Position numbers and translations under genes: made by a program | The notes under the pieces: model-generated | The model's input: only the letters and a program-made list of their open reading frames with translations | Told to the model about the DNA's origin: nothing | Databases searched by the model: none | Source of the DNA: Gemmatimonadota bacterium | Lineage (GTDB): Bacteria; Gemmatimonadota; Gemmatimonadetes; Gemmatimonadales; Gemmatimonadaceae | Reading direction: 5' to 3' | DNA length: 64,000 nt | Assembly: GCA_040389905.1 (NCBI GenBank) | Contig: JAZJZK010000034.1 | Coordinates: 21,527 to 85,526, forward strand | In this document: positions 37,963-46,584 of the stretch, one piece after another | Position numbering within the stretch: position 1 is the stretch's first letter | How the letters are laid out: the number at the start of each line of letters is the position of its first letter

Positions 37963-39251
37963 CGCGATCCGACCACTCCGGCAGGCGGACGGCCGTCTGC
38001 GCTGACACGACGCTCATACCGCTTCAGGTATTCGAGCACACCGTCCGAGATCGCCGCCGCGAGCTCATCCATCTTCGCGGGGTCACTGAGGTAGGCGGCC
38101 TCCGCCGGATTGGTTCCGAAGCCGATTTCCACGAGGACGGCAGGCATGAACGCGGTGACCAGCACGCGAAATCCCGCCTGTTTCACCCCTCGGCTCGGCC
38201 CGGGGTGTACCTGTCCCATCCGCCGCTGAATCAGGTCAGCGAGCTCATTCGCCTCGCGAAGGTGCTCGTTCTGCTTCATGTCGCTCAGGATGAAGCTGAG
38301 GGGATCGCCCGCTTGCGCCGACGGCCCCGATTCGAAACGAATCGCCTCGTTTTCCATCTGCTCGACACGCCGAGCATCCTCGGTCTTCGCTTCGGCGAGG
38401 AAGTAGGTCTCGAAGCCCCGGGAGCCACCTGGATCCTTCCAGTTTGGGTTGGCCGCGTTGACGTGGATGCTGACGAACAGATCAGCACGTGCGTCGTTCG
38501 CGATCCGCCCCCGATCGGAGAGTGCGATGAGGGTGTCGGTCGAGCGCGTGTACTTGACGTCGATGCCCCGAACGCCGAGCGCCGTGCCGACGCGCTTCGC
38601 CACGTTGAGCGTCACGTTCTTTTCGAGCAGCTCGGAACGGCCGCCAATTGGTCCGTGCATCCCGCCGTCGGGACCACCGTGGCCCGCGTCTACCACAACG
38701 AGGCGCCGCGACCGCAGCGCACCAAGCGAGGAACGCGCGGCAACGACCGAACCGCGGTCTGCGGCGCCTTCCAGAGGTGGACCGCTTCGGGGCGTCCTTG
38801 CGGGGCGGACCGGTTCCGCGCCGGCTTTTGTCGAGTACTTCTGGACGGTCGAAAACGCGCGCAACTCGAACCGGTCAGGATCCCACACCAGATTCTGCGC
38901 GACGTGCGGAATGATCTCGGCGACAAGCTGAAGCGGAATGTAGAGCGCGCCTTTGCGCACTTCCGGCGCGATGGCGAGCTGATAGGTCTCGTCGCCGACC
39001 TTGGCGAACCGATTGCCTTCCTCGACCGAGATCGCGGTGCCGTTGACGATCAGCATCCACCGGCCGGCCGTGAGATGCGAGACGGTGATCGGCACAACCG
39101 GCTTGAGCTGATCCGCACGCAGCAGCGGTCCGTCGGGCGTCGCCACGAGGGCGACCGAAACGGACCGCATGGCGTCTTTGACGACCAGCGGACGCGCGAC
39201 GGATGGCATCGCCGCAGCGATCTGAAAGGCCGAGACCAGGGCGAGAATCAT
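37959..39251 (-). CDS. N-acetylmuramoyl-L-alanine amidase (Amidase_3)
   Basis: VVDAGHGGPD, EKNVTL, FVSIHVNA and PAVLVEIGF motifs. Confidence 0.92.
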   Translation of the reverse strand: MILALVSAFQIAAAMPSVARPLVVKDAMRSVSVALVATPDGPLLRADQLKPVVPITVSHLTAGRWMLIVNGTAISVEEGNRFAKVGDETYQLAIAPEVRKGALYIPLQLVAEIIPHVAQNLVWDPDRFELRAFSTVQKYSTKAGAEPVRPARTPRSGPPLEGAADRGSVVAARSSLGALRSRRLVVVDAGHGGPDGGMHGPIGGRSELLEKNVTLNVAKRVGTALGVRGIDVKYTRSTDTLIALSDRGRIANDARADLFVSIHVNAANPNWKDPGGSRGFETYFLAEAKTEDARRVEQMENEAIRFESGPSAQAGDPLSFILSDMKQNEHLREANELADLIQRRMGQVHPGPSRGVKQAGFRVLVTAFMPAVLVEIGFGTNPAEAAYLSDPAKMDELAAAISDGVLEYLKRYERRVSADGRPPAGVVGSR

Positions 39252-39718
39252 CGGCGCGTCACCGCGCGCGCGATTTCACGATTCGCGTCGCGCTCGCGCT
39301 CCGTGTCGCGCTTATCGTGCAGCTTCTTTCCCTTCCCCAGAGCCAATACCACCTTGGCGATCCCGCGTTTGAAGTACAACTCGAGCGGAACCAGGGTGAG
39401 CCCCTGACGCTCGATGGCACCTATCAGACGCGTGATCTCGCGCTTGTGCAACAGGAGCTTGCGCGTGCGGGTCGGCTCATGGTTGTTGTAGCTGGCGCGT
39501 TCGTAGATCGAGATGTGGAGGTTGATGATGTAGATCTCGCCTTCGCGGACGATACCGAAGGCGTCCGAAAGATTGGCTTTCCCTTCGCGCAGCGACTTCA
39601 CCTCACTGCCGGTCAGCACGATTCCGGCCTCGAAGGTGTCGAGGATGATGTAGTCGTGTCGCGCCTTCCTGTTCTTCGCGACAGACTCGATCTCTGTTTT
39701 CTCCTCGGACTTCGCCAT
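39248..39718 (-). CDS. smpB: SsrA-binding protein
   Basis: NRKARHDY, EAGIVLTGSEVKSLR, RKLLLHKREI and GKKLHDKR motifs. Confidence 0.97.
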   Translation of the reverse strand: MAKSEEKTEIESVAKNRKARHDYIILDTFEAGIVLTGSEVKSLREGKANLSDAFGIVREGEIYIINLHISIYERASYNNHEPTRTRKLLLHKREITRLIGAIERQGLTLVPLELYFKRGIAKVVLALGKGKKLHDKRDTERERDANREIARAVTRR

Positions 39719-39812
39719 GCAATTCATTATAGACGGGGCATCTGCGAGCGGCAACGCAATGCGTTGACTTGGTTACGCGCGCGGGCTTAATTTGCGTGTC
39801 TGTTCCAGAAAG

Positions 39813-39896
39813 GCTCGGGTGGTGGAACTGGTAGACACGCAGGTCTCAGAAGCCTGTGCCTTCACCGGCGTGGGGGTTCAAGTCCCCCCTCGAGCA
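39813..39896 (+). tRNA. tRNA-Leu(CAG)
   Basis: GCTCGGG/CTCGAGC acceptor stem, TGGTAGAC D-loop, CAGGT-CT-CAG-AA-GCCTG anticodon arm, long variable arm and GGTTCAAGTCC T-arm; CCA is not encoded. Confidence 0.96.
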
Positions 39897-39903
39897 CTGT
39901 CGG

Positions 39904-39942
39904 AAGGCGTCCGTCACTTCGTGACGGACGCTTTTTGATTTT
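39904..39942 (+). terminator. Intrinsic terminator after tRNA-Leu
   Basis: GCGTCCGTCAC-TTC-GTGACGGACGC followed by TTTTTGATTTT. Confidence 0.85.
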
Positions 39943-39944
39943 AT

Positions 39945-40047
39945 CGGGCTTGGGCGGGGGCTTGGGCTACGGCTTGGGCGGGGGCCTTACCGAGGGCTTA
40001 CCGGCAGGCGAGGGCGCGGACTTGGGCTTTGGTTTGGGCTTGGGCTC
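39945..40047 (+). repeat. Degenerate GGGCTT hexamer tract
   Basis: Repeated GGGCTT/GGCTT/GGTTT units in an intergenic region. Confidence 0.7.
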
Positions 40048-40092
40048 CCTCAAGGCTAAGTCGAGTACCCATCCTGAAACTGCCATTTTACC

Positions 40093-40128
40093 TGTCACCC
40101 TGAGCGAGCGAAGCTCGTCGAAGGGTCT
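40093..40128. repeat. REP-like short palindrome
   Basis: TGTCACCCTGAGCGAGCGAAGCTCGTCGAAGGGTCT: outer ACCCT/AGGGT stem and inner CGAGC-GAA-GCTCG hairpin. Confidence 0.55.
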
Positions 40129-40183
40129 GCACGTCACACACAGAACAGCATTTTGGCTAGGGCGGCCCGGGGCCGGCGCCTGG

Positions 40184-40735
40184 TTAATTGCGAATTCGCG
40201 AGGGAGCTACGTCCTCGGGAAGCTCGGCTGCGCCGAACGTCTCGCGAAGAGCAGCGTTTGCCTCCGTCATATACTCGCGTACGAGCTCGGTTCCACGCTG
40301 CACTGCCGGGTCGTCGGCGCGAATGGGACCGCCAGAGAATGCCAGCAGATTCTGCGCAACGCGCGTCGACGCCGAGCCGCCGCCGCGCGACGTGATGGCG
40401 TCGCGATAGGCGCTCATCCGGGCATTGAATTGCCGCTCGGCCAGTTCGAGGAGCTCGCCATCGACGTTCCGGTCCTTGCCCATCCGGTGCAGCAGTGCGC
40501 GCAGCGCCTCTGACGGAGTCCGGTCGTCGAGGGCGTCCCGCTGCGCAACCAGGATTCCAAGCGCACGGCGCAAGTAACGCAGTTCCCACTGCGCATGATC
40601 GAGGTCACCACGCGTCGCGACGGTCGCGAGCCAGTCCACGTCTTCCGCCGACGGCTCGCGCATGAGCGCGACGGCGTACTCCGAGCTCTTGCGGAGCAAC
40701 GCACGGTCGTCACGAAATGAACGGAATAGGCGCAC
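40184..40735 (-). CDS. Hypothetical helical protein
   Basis: 183-aa ORF 14 nt downstream of the Rrf2 gene, with protein-like composition; no family recognised. Confidence 0.7.
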   Translation of the reverse strand: MRLFRSFRDDRALLRKSSEYAVALMREPSAEDVDWLATVATRGDLDHAQWELRYLRRALGILVAQRDALDDRTPSEALRALLHRMGKDRNVDGELLELAERQFNARMSAYRDAITSRGGGSASTRVAQNLLAFSGGPIRADDPAVQRGTELVREYMTEANAALRETFGAAELPEDVAPSRIRN

Positions 40736-40749
40736 TGGCGCCGCTTCGA

Positions 40750-41244
40750 TCAGCCGTGGAGAACGGGCAGCGCGAGGCGACCCGATGCCGATACCATCGG
40801 CCGATCAAGTCCCACGCGCTCACGAACCTGCTGCTCCTGCATCAAGAGATCGCTGAGCCGCACGCTGTCCAGCACCTCGTCGATCTTCTGTTGTAACAAC
40901 ACCCAGACCGGGCGAATGCTGCAGTCGTGCGACTCGGCGCAACGCTCGGCTTCGACTGGATGGGTGACGCAGTGGATGTCGAAGGTCGAATGCTCGGACG
41001 CCGAGATCACGTCGCGAACGGTGATCTCGTCAGCCGGCCGCGCCAGGCGGTACCCGCCATGTGCGCCTCGTGTGCTCACAACGATCGTCGCGCGACGCAG
41101 CTTGAGCATGATCTGCTCGACGTAGTCCGCGGGCAGTCGCTCACGTGCGGCAATCTCGCGGCCTGTGACAGGTCCGTCCGACGTCCGCCGGGCCAGATGA
41201 AGCGCGCAGATGAGGCCGTATTCGGCCTGGGTGGTGATTCGCAC
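40750..41244 (-). CDS. Rrf2-family transcriptional regulator (IscR-like, three Cys)
   Basis: MRITTQAEYGL, YVEQIM..L, STRGAHGGYRLAR and C-x9-C-x5-C. Confidence 0.9.
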   Translation of the reverse strand: MRITTQAEYGLICALHLARRTSDGPVTGREIAARERLPADYVEQIMLKLRRATIVVSTRGAHGGYRLARPADEITVRDVISASEHSTFDIHCVTHPVEAERCAESHDCSIRPVWVLLQQKIDEVLDSVRLSDLLMQEQQVRERVGLDRPMVSASGRLALPVLHG

Positions 41245-41362
41245 GCCTGAAATCTAGTGCAATCGTCAGATATCGGCTATCGCGCGCCGCCGAAAGCAGC
41301 GTTTCGTGCTGCACCGACCGGGCCACCACCGCCACAAGGAACGCGGCACAGTGAACGACTCC

Positions 41363-41812
41363 TCAGCGCGGCGCAAATCTCGTCACCACAATCGTGACCT
41401 CCTCGTCGGCGAGCCTCGTGTCGTAATCGATGTCGATTCGTGTCGGGTATCCGAGGACCGGATCATACGTCACGTCGAGCTTGGCGGCATTGCGGCGCGC
41501 TGCATCGTCCACGATCTCCCAAAGTCCGTCGATCGTTGGAAAACTCTGCGCATAGTTCGCCGGCAGGGGCTGCCCTGAACTCTCATACCGTCGACTCTCA
41601 ACCACACCATTTCGCACGGCGACGATTACCGGATTCGTGAATTCTGCGGGGCAGAAGCACAGACGCCGCATCGTAAAGTCATACGACGCCGGATGATTCG
41701 ACGTCCAGCGGTCGCGCGCGGTGTTCGGGCTCGGGTCCGCTTCCGTGGATACGACACGGCAGGATGCTGCGAGGCTGACAACGCCAAGCAGCATCCACGC
41801 TCGCGTGCTCAT
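41363..41812 (-). CDS. Hypothetical lipoprotein (DUF6174-like)
   Basis: Lipobox LAASC; RLCFCP, TIDGLW and YDPVLGYPTRIDID...DEE motifs. Confidence 0.7.
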   Translation of the reverse strand: MSTRAWMLLGVVSLAASCRVVSTEADPSPNTARDRWTSNHPASYDFTMRRLCFCPAEFTNPVIVAVRNGVVESRRYESSGQPLPANYAQSFPTIDGLWEIVDDAARRNAAKLDVTYDPVLGYPTRIDIDYDTRLADEEVTIVVTRFAPR

Positions 41813-43251
41813 CCGCCGGCGACCATTCCGTGCTTGCCGCCCGGCACACCGATCTCGGTCATCTTCCGGAGATCGAGCACGTCGTCGATCTCATCGGCAG
41901 GGAGCAGCTGGTCGCGCTTCACCATGTCACGCACGAGAATCCCCTCCTTCACCGACTGCTTGCTCAGCTCCGCCGCCTTCGCGTAGCCGATGTGCGGCAT
42001 CAGCGCCGTCGCCAGCGCGGCCGAACGTTCAACCCAGTAGGCGCACATGTCCTCATGTGCTTCGATGCCCGATACGCACTTCTCGTTGAATACCCTCGCG
42101 GTGTTCGTCAGAATACGCATGGACAACAGCACATTGAACGCGATAACGGGCATCATGACGTTGAGCTCGAGCTGGCCATGCTCGGCGGAAATCGCGACCG
42201 TCGTATCGAGACCCATCACCTGGAAGCAGACCTGATTGACCATCTCCGGGATCGATGGATTGATCTTGCCCGGCATGATCGACGAGCCTGGTTGCACGGC
42301 GGGAAGCTTGATCTCGTCGATGCCCGTGCGCGGACCCATCACCATGATGCGCAGGTCGCTCGCAATCTTGCTCAGGTCGATTGCCAGCACGCGCATTGCC
42401 GCGCTGAACCCTGCGACATCGCCCATGCTCTGCATCAGCTGAATGCGGTCGGCTCCAATGCGCAGCTCGAGGCCGGAAATCGCCTGCAGGTGGGTGTTCA
42501 TGAGCGCCGGATATTCTTTCTCCACCGTCACGCCGGTGCCGACGGCGCTACCACCGATCCCCAGGTCGCGCAGATAGTCAGCCGCCTCCTTTACGCGACG
42601 GATACCGCGGTCGAGCGAGCCGGCGTACGCCGCGAACTCCTGCCCTAGGCGAATCGGCATCGCGTCCTGCAGGTGGGTACGACCAGCCTTGACGATATGG
42701 TCGAACTCCCTGCCCTTCGCGGCGAACGAATCGCGTAAACCCTCGAACGCGCTGACGAGCGCATCGAGCTGCGACAGGCACGCCAGCCGAATGTTCGTGG
42801 GGATGGTGTCGTTCGTGCTCTGCGCCATGTTGACGTGATCGTTCGGATGCACGGGCGTGTACGTCCCGCGCGCGCCGCCGAGCAGTTCGTTGGCGCGATT
42901 GGCAAGCACCTCGTTCACGTTCATGTTGTGCGACGTGCCAGCACCCGCCTGATATGGATCCACGACGAACTGCGCCGTGTGCTTTCCTGCAAGCACCTCA
43001 TCGGCGGCCTCGATGATGGCGTCCGCCAGCTTCGCGTCAATGCGCTTCGTTTCCTTGTGCGTGAGCGCGGCGGCCTTCTTGATCCACACCTGCGCCATCA
43101 CGAACGGCCAGAGCGGTGCGAGGCCACTGATGGGGAAATTCTCTCGCGCGCGAACCGTCTGGACACCGTACAACGCATCGGCCGGGACTTCCTTCGGACC
43201 GAGGGGATCCTTTTCGGTACGCGTCGCCGCCGTTGCTGTTTGTTCGCTCAT
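41809..43251 (-). CDS. aspA: Aspartate ammonia-lyase / class II fumarase family protein
   Basis: Start trimmed to MSEQTA; YGVQTVRARENF, QAGAGTSHNMNVNEV, GRTHLQDA and GSSIMPGKINP motifs. Confidence 0.85.
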   Translation of the reverse strand: MSEQTATAATRTEKDPLGPKEVPADALYGVQTVRARENFPISGLAPLWPFVMAQVWIKKAAALTHKETKRIDAKLADAIIEAADEVLAGKHTAQFVVDPYQAGAGTSHNMNVNEVLANRANELLGGARGTYTPVHPNDHVNMAQSTNDTIPTNIRLACLSQLDALVSAFEGLRDSFAAKGREFDHIVKAGRTHLQDAMPIRLGQEFAAYAGSLDRGIRRVKEAADYLRDLGIGGSAVGTGVTVEKEYPALMNTHLQAISGLELRIGADRIQLMQSMGDVAGFSAAMRVLAIDLSKIASDLRIMVMGPRTGIDEIKLPAVQPGSSIMPGKINPSIPEMVNQVCFQVMGLDTTVAISAEHGQLELNVMMPVIAFNVLLSMRILTNTARVFNEKCVSGIEAHEDMCAYWVERSAALATALMPHIGYAKAAELSKQSVKEGILVRDMVKRDQLLPADEIDDVLDLRKMTEIGVPGGKHGMVAGG

Positions 43252-43730
43252 GTCGTGCTCCGTGAAGTGATGAAGCGTGCGAGGACCACCAGAGAGACGA
43301 GAGCGGCAACCGCCCCGACGCCCATCCAGAGGACGCTCATTCCGTGAAGTTTTCCGAACGCCTGCCGGCGGGGATCGGAGGGATCGAGCGCATCGACCGG
43401 ACCTCCAATCGCCGACCGGATGGCTTCGATGCGGGGCGAGATGACGAGCTGTGCAACAGCGCACGCCGCCGCGAGGACCACCGCCGCTCCGACGCCGAAC
43501 CACCCTGCGCCGACGGCGCGCGCAACCATCGCCGTCACAATGCCAAGACTGATGCCGGTCCAGAACAGCACAGGGAGGACGCGACCGACGAGTGCACCCG
43601 CCAGCGTCCGCGAGGGAAGCACGGCAAAGGCGGCCGGCGCCACGACCGCGGAGACGATCACCGCTGCTCCCAACCACGCCGCCAGCAGGCCCAATGTCGT
43701 GATGGCCAACGTGCCCGCGCGCACCGTCAT
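43248..43730 (-). CDS. DUF4149-type membrane protein
   Basis: Four TM helices; VVAPAAFAVLP..AGALVGRV and FGKLHGMSV. Confidence 0.72.
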   Translation of the reverse strand: MTVRAGTLAITTLGLLAAWLGAAVIVSAVVAPAAFAVLPSRTLAGALVGRVLPVLFWTGISLGIVTAMVARAVGAGWFGVGAAVVLAAACAVAQLVISPRIEAIRSAIGGPVDALDPSDPRRQAFGKLHGMSVLWMGVGAVAALVSLVVLARFITSRSTT

Positions 43731-44371
43731 CGCTTGAGCGTCCGCGCGCGTCCGGAGAGGAACGGGTTCGTTGCGAGTTCGTCAGCAATCGTTGTCGACG
43801 GCCCGTGACCTGGAAAGACGACGGTCTCTGGCGGAAGCGTCGCGAACCGCTCCAGGGACTGGTCCATCTTGTGTGGGTCGCAGAGCGGAAGATCCGTGCG
43901 GCCAATGCTGCCGGCGAACAGCAGATCACCAGAGAGTGAGATACCTGGCGCGTTGAAGCTCACCTGTCCCGGTGCGTGACCCGGCACGTGCATGACAGAG
44001 AACTCGAGTGATCCGCACGATAGAATGTCACCCTCACCGATGGCGGTCGTCGTCGCGTCAGGCTGATCCCAGGGCAAACCGTACATCTGGGCCGCTCGCG
44101 CCGACAATGACGTGTAGAACGGCATGTCGAGCGGATGCATGTACACCGGCACCGGAAATACCGCCTGCACGTCGTTCATCGCGCCGATGTGATCGAGATG
44201 CGCGTGCGTGAGCCAGATCGCGTCGAGGGTCGTGCCGCTGTCGCGAATCATTTCCACGAGACGCTCGCCTTCGCCGCCGGGATCCACGAGCACCGCATGT
44301 CCCGTCGAGTCGTCGATTACGAGATAGCAGTTCTCCGCGAAGGCCCCGACCGTGCGAACATCGATCTTCAC
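43727..44371 (-). CDS. MBL-fold metallo-hydrolase (glyoxalase II-like)
   Basis: THAHLDHIG, PGHAPG, GDLLFAGSIGRTDL and PGHGP motifs; GTG start overlaps the trxB stop. Confidence 0.9.
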   Translation of the reverse strand: MKIDVRTVGAFAENCYLVIDDSTGHAVLVDPGGEGERLVEMIRDSGTTLDAIWLTHAHLDHIGAMNDVQAVFPVPVYMHPLDMPFYTSLSARAAQMYGLPWDQPDATTTAIGEGDILSCGSLEFSVMHVPGHAPGQVSFNAPGISLSGDLLFAGSIGRTDLPLCDPHKMDQSLERFATLPPETVVFPGHGPSTTIADELATNPFLSGRARTLKR

Positions 44372-45351
44372 GCCGAGTATCCGCCCGTGCCCAGGGGGTC
44401 GACGGGATGCCCTTCGGTGCGCGCCTTGAGGTATTTCTCGACGGCGATGGCGGCGGTGGTGGCGTCGCCGACGGCCGTGGTCACCTGACGCGTGAGTTGT
44501 GAGCGAAGATCGCCGGCCGCAAACAGCCCAGGAATCGACGTCTGCATGATCGTGTCGGTCTTCACGTAGCCCATCTCGTCGTGATCGAAGTGCCCGTCGA
44601 TGATTCCCGTGTTCGGACGGAAACCGACGAAAACAAAGCAACCGCTCGCATCGAGCGTGCGACATTCCCCGCTCACGACATCGCGGAGGAGCAGTCCCGT
44701 CATCAGGCCCTGTTCGTCACCAGTGACTCGCTCGGCGACGGTGTTCCAGATGACCTCGATCTTGGGATTCGCGAAGAGGCGCTCCTGAAGAATCTTCGAC
44801 GCGCGAAAACTGTCGCGGCGGTGGACGACATACACCTTTTTGGCATAGCGCGTGAGAAAATCGGCTTCCTCCACCGCGGCGTCGCCACCGCCAACGACGG
44901 CGATGATGTGCTCCTTGAAGAAGGCGCCATCGCAGATCGCGCAGTAGGACACGCCCTTGCCCGCGTACTCGAGCTCACCGGGGATGCCGAGCTTCACCGG
45001 CGTGCCCCCGGCCGTCACGATGACGGCGGGTGAGAGGTACTTGTCACCGGTATCGGTGACGGTCTCGAAGCTTCCATCCGCGAGCTTGGTCACGCAGGTG
45101 ACGTTCGCTGTGATGAACTCGGCACCGAATTCCTTGGCGTGCTCCTCGAACTTCTTGGCCAGCTCCCAGCCGAGGATCGATTTCTCTCCGATCCAGTCGT
45201 CGAGCTTCTCCGTGTTGAGCAGCTCGCCTCCCGGGATGCCGCGCTCGAGTACGACGGTCTTCAACATCGAGCGGCCGGTGTAGAGTGCCGCGCACATGCC
45301 CGCCGGCCCAGCTCCAACTATGACGACGTCGTACCTGTTGTTTTCGCTCAA
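44368..45351 (-). CDS. trxB: Thioredoxin-disulfide reductase
   Basis: GAGPAG, GVSYCAICDG, GGGDAAVEEA and GLFAAGD motifs. Confidence 0.95.
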   Translation of the reverse strand: MSENNRYDVVIVGAGPAGMCAALYTGRSMLKTVVLERGIPGGELLNTEKLDDWIGEKSILGWELAKKFEEHAKEFGAEFITANVTCVTKLADGSFETVTDTGDKYLSPAVIVTAGGTPVKLGIPGELEYAGKGVSYCAICDGAFFKEHIIAVVGGGDAAVEEADFLTRYAKKVYVVHRRDSFRASKILQERLFANPKIEVIWNTVAERVTGDEQGLMTGLLLRDVVSGECRTLDASGCFVFVGFRPNTGIIDGHFDHDEMGYVKTDTIMQTSIPGLFAAGDLRSQLTRQVTTAVGDATTAAIAVEKYLKARTEGHPVDPLGTGGYSA

Positions 45352-45565
45352 GAAAGGGATCCTCGGATGGGAGCACGAACGTCCGCGCTCAGCTTCTAAA
45401 TGTCACCAGAGGAACCCTTCGAGGGAACTGTTCCGTTCCCGGAGAGGCAATCGGGGCTGCGATGCCAACCAAGGCCAGATGCCGCCGAGGAACACCCCGA
45501 AACAGGAAGGCGCGTTGGACGGCTCGACGCGCAAGTACCCACCACAACGACCCTGGTTCGAACTG

Positions 45566-45738
45566 CAGATTCTTCGGATTGAGCGGATTTGGCGGATTGA
45601 TCGGTCGTGGAGGCAACCCTCAGCGCTCCCAATCACATGGCTGGAACATCGAAGCATGTTTCCTTTACATGTCGACGGGACGCACCTCGCCCCGGGCGGG
45701 AGCATCCCGGAAGATCCGCTCAATCCGTCGAATCCGTT
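45566..45738. repeat. Palindromic CGGATT-family element, copy 3 (long spacer)
   Basis: CGGATTGAGCGGAT (45575-45588) is the exact reverse complement of 45714-45727; 9-nt CGGATTnnn periodicity on both arms. Confidence 0.75.
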
Positions 45739-45795
45739 CCAGCACCCTTCGTCTTCGGTGCAAGTGTGGCGAGCGGAGTTGTCGAACGAAACGAA

Positions 45796-46584
45796 TCAGT
45801 CGCGGACAATGATCCGGCGAAGTGCCCCATGACAGTGTGACGCCGTCGCGATCACGAACTCCGCGGTTCCGGTGGCCCCGCGCTCGGCGACGGTGCGGTC
45901 CGCAGCAATGATTTCCCGGACGTCGATCATTCCTACGCCGTGCGTTCGATGCGAGCAATGGAAAGTGAATTCCCCATCGACGCGGCGGCCGGCGTCACGC
46001 TCCTGCTCCGCATACGCCGCAATCGCCGTCGGCATGCTCCAGCTGCGAGGGCCTTTCGTGGCGGGGCACTTTGCCGGTTCAATGCAGTTGATTGGACACA
46101 TCCACTCCGCAAAGCTCACGTAGTGCGTGTCGCCGGCGGCGCGCTGCCACGGCACATCCGGCGTCGACGCCAGCGGCGCGATCTCGACGGCTCGGTTCGG
46201 CCACCGGTCGCGAGCGCGTGCTCCAATCCAGTCCGCAAACAGGTGCGGCATCAGCGGCGAGGGCACGACCGCGTCAGCGCTTTCCCCTATCTGCGCGGCG
46301 CGCTCTCCAAGATACTTCGCAAAGAATGCAGCCCACGTCGACACCTCGACGCGAAGTCCTGGCGGCCGCTCATCATCAGGCAGGTTCGCGACGCGACAGC
46401 GGGGATCATGGTCGACGACGATGAGCTCAGCCCAGATCGCGGCGCCCGCCGCATGTGCGCGCGCCAGTTGCCGGACGTAATAGCTCCCGTAACACCCGCC
46501 TCCGACGATGATGATCGCCCCAAAGTGCTGGGGCTCCCTCACGACGCGCAGCGACCGATCACGTTCGGACGTGACGCCCCCCAT
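45796..46584 (-). CDS. Hypothetical protein with Rossmann-like N terminus and Cys/His-rich C terminus
   Basis: IIIVGGGCYG...LIVVD; CPINCIEPAKCP, HCSHRTHG and ASHCHG. Confidence 0.72.
   Translation of the reverse strand: MGGVTSERDRSLRVVREPQHFGAIIIVGGGCYGSYYVRQLARAHAAGAAIWAELIVVDHDPRCRVANLPDDERPPGLRVEVSTWAAFFAKYLGERAAQIGESADAVVPSPLMPHLFADWIGARARDRWPNRAVEIAPLASTPDVPWQRAAGDTHYVSFAEWMCPINCIEPAKCPATKGPRSWSMPTAIAAYAEQERDAGRRVDGEFTFHCSHRTHGVGMIDVREIIAADRTVAERGATGTAEFVIATASHCHGALRRIIVRD

Noticed and set aside
39248..39812. tmRNA next to smpB
   Set aside because: No GGGG...TCCACCA tRNA-like ends or tag reading frame found; the adjacent RNA is tRNA-Leu.
39813..40180. Genomic island integrated at tRNA-Leu
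   Set aside because: No integrase, no duplicated tRNA 3' end seen, and housekeeping-type genes resume within 300 nt.
39935..40513. 192-aa Gly/Leu-repeat ORF after tRNA-Leu
   Set aside because: Its start lies in the terminator U-tract, the GLG repeats come from the GGGCTT tract, and the rest is antisense to a better ORF.
41809..43929. 706-aa fused form of aspA, and similarly extended ino1 (to 55012), rimI (to 10959) and bamD (to 23468)
   Set aside because: The extensions overlap other genuine genes in different frames. Trimmed starts give normal lengths and mostly stop/start coupling.
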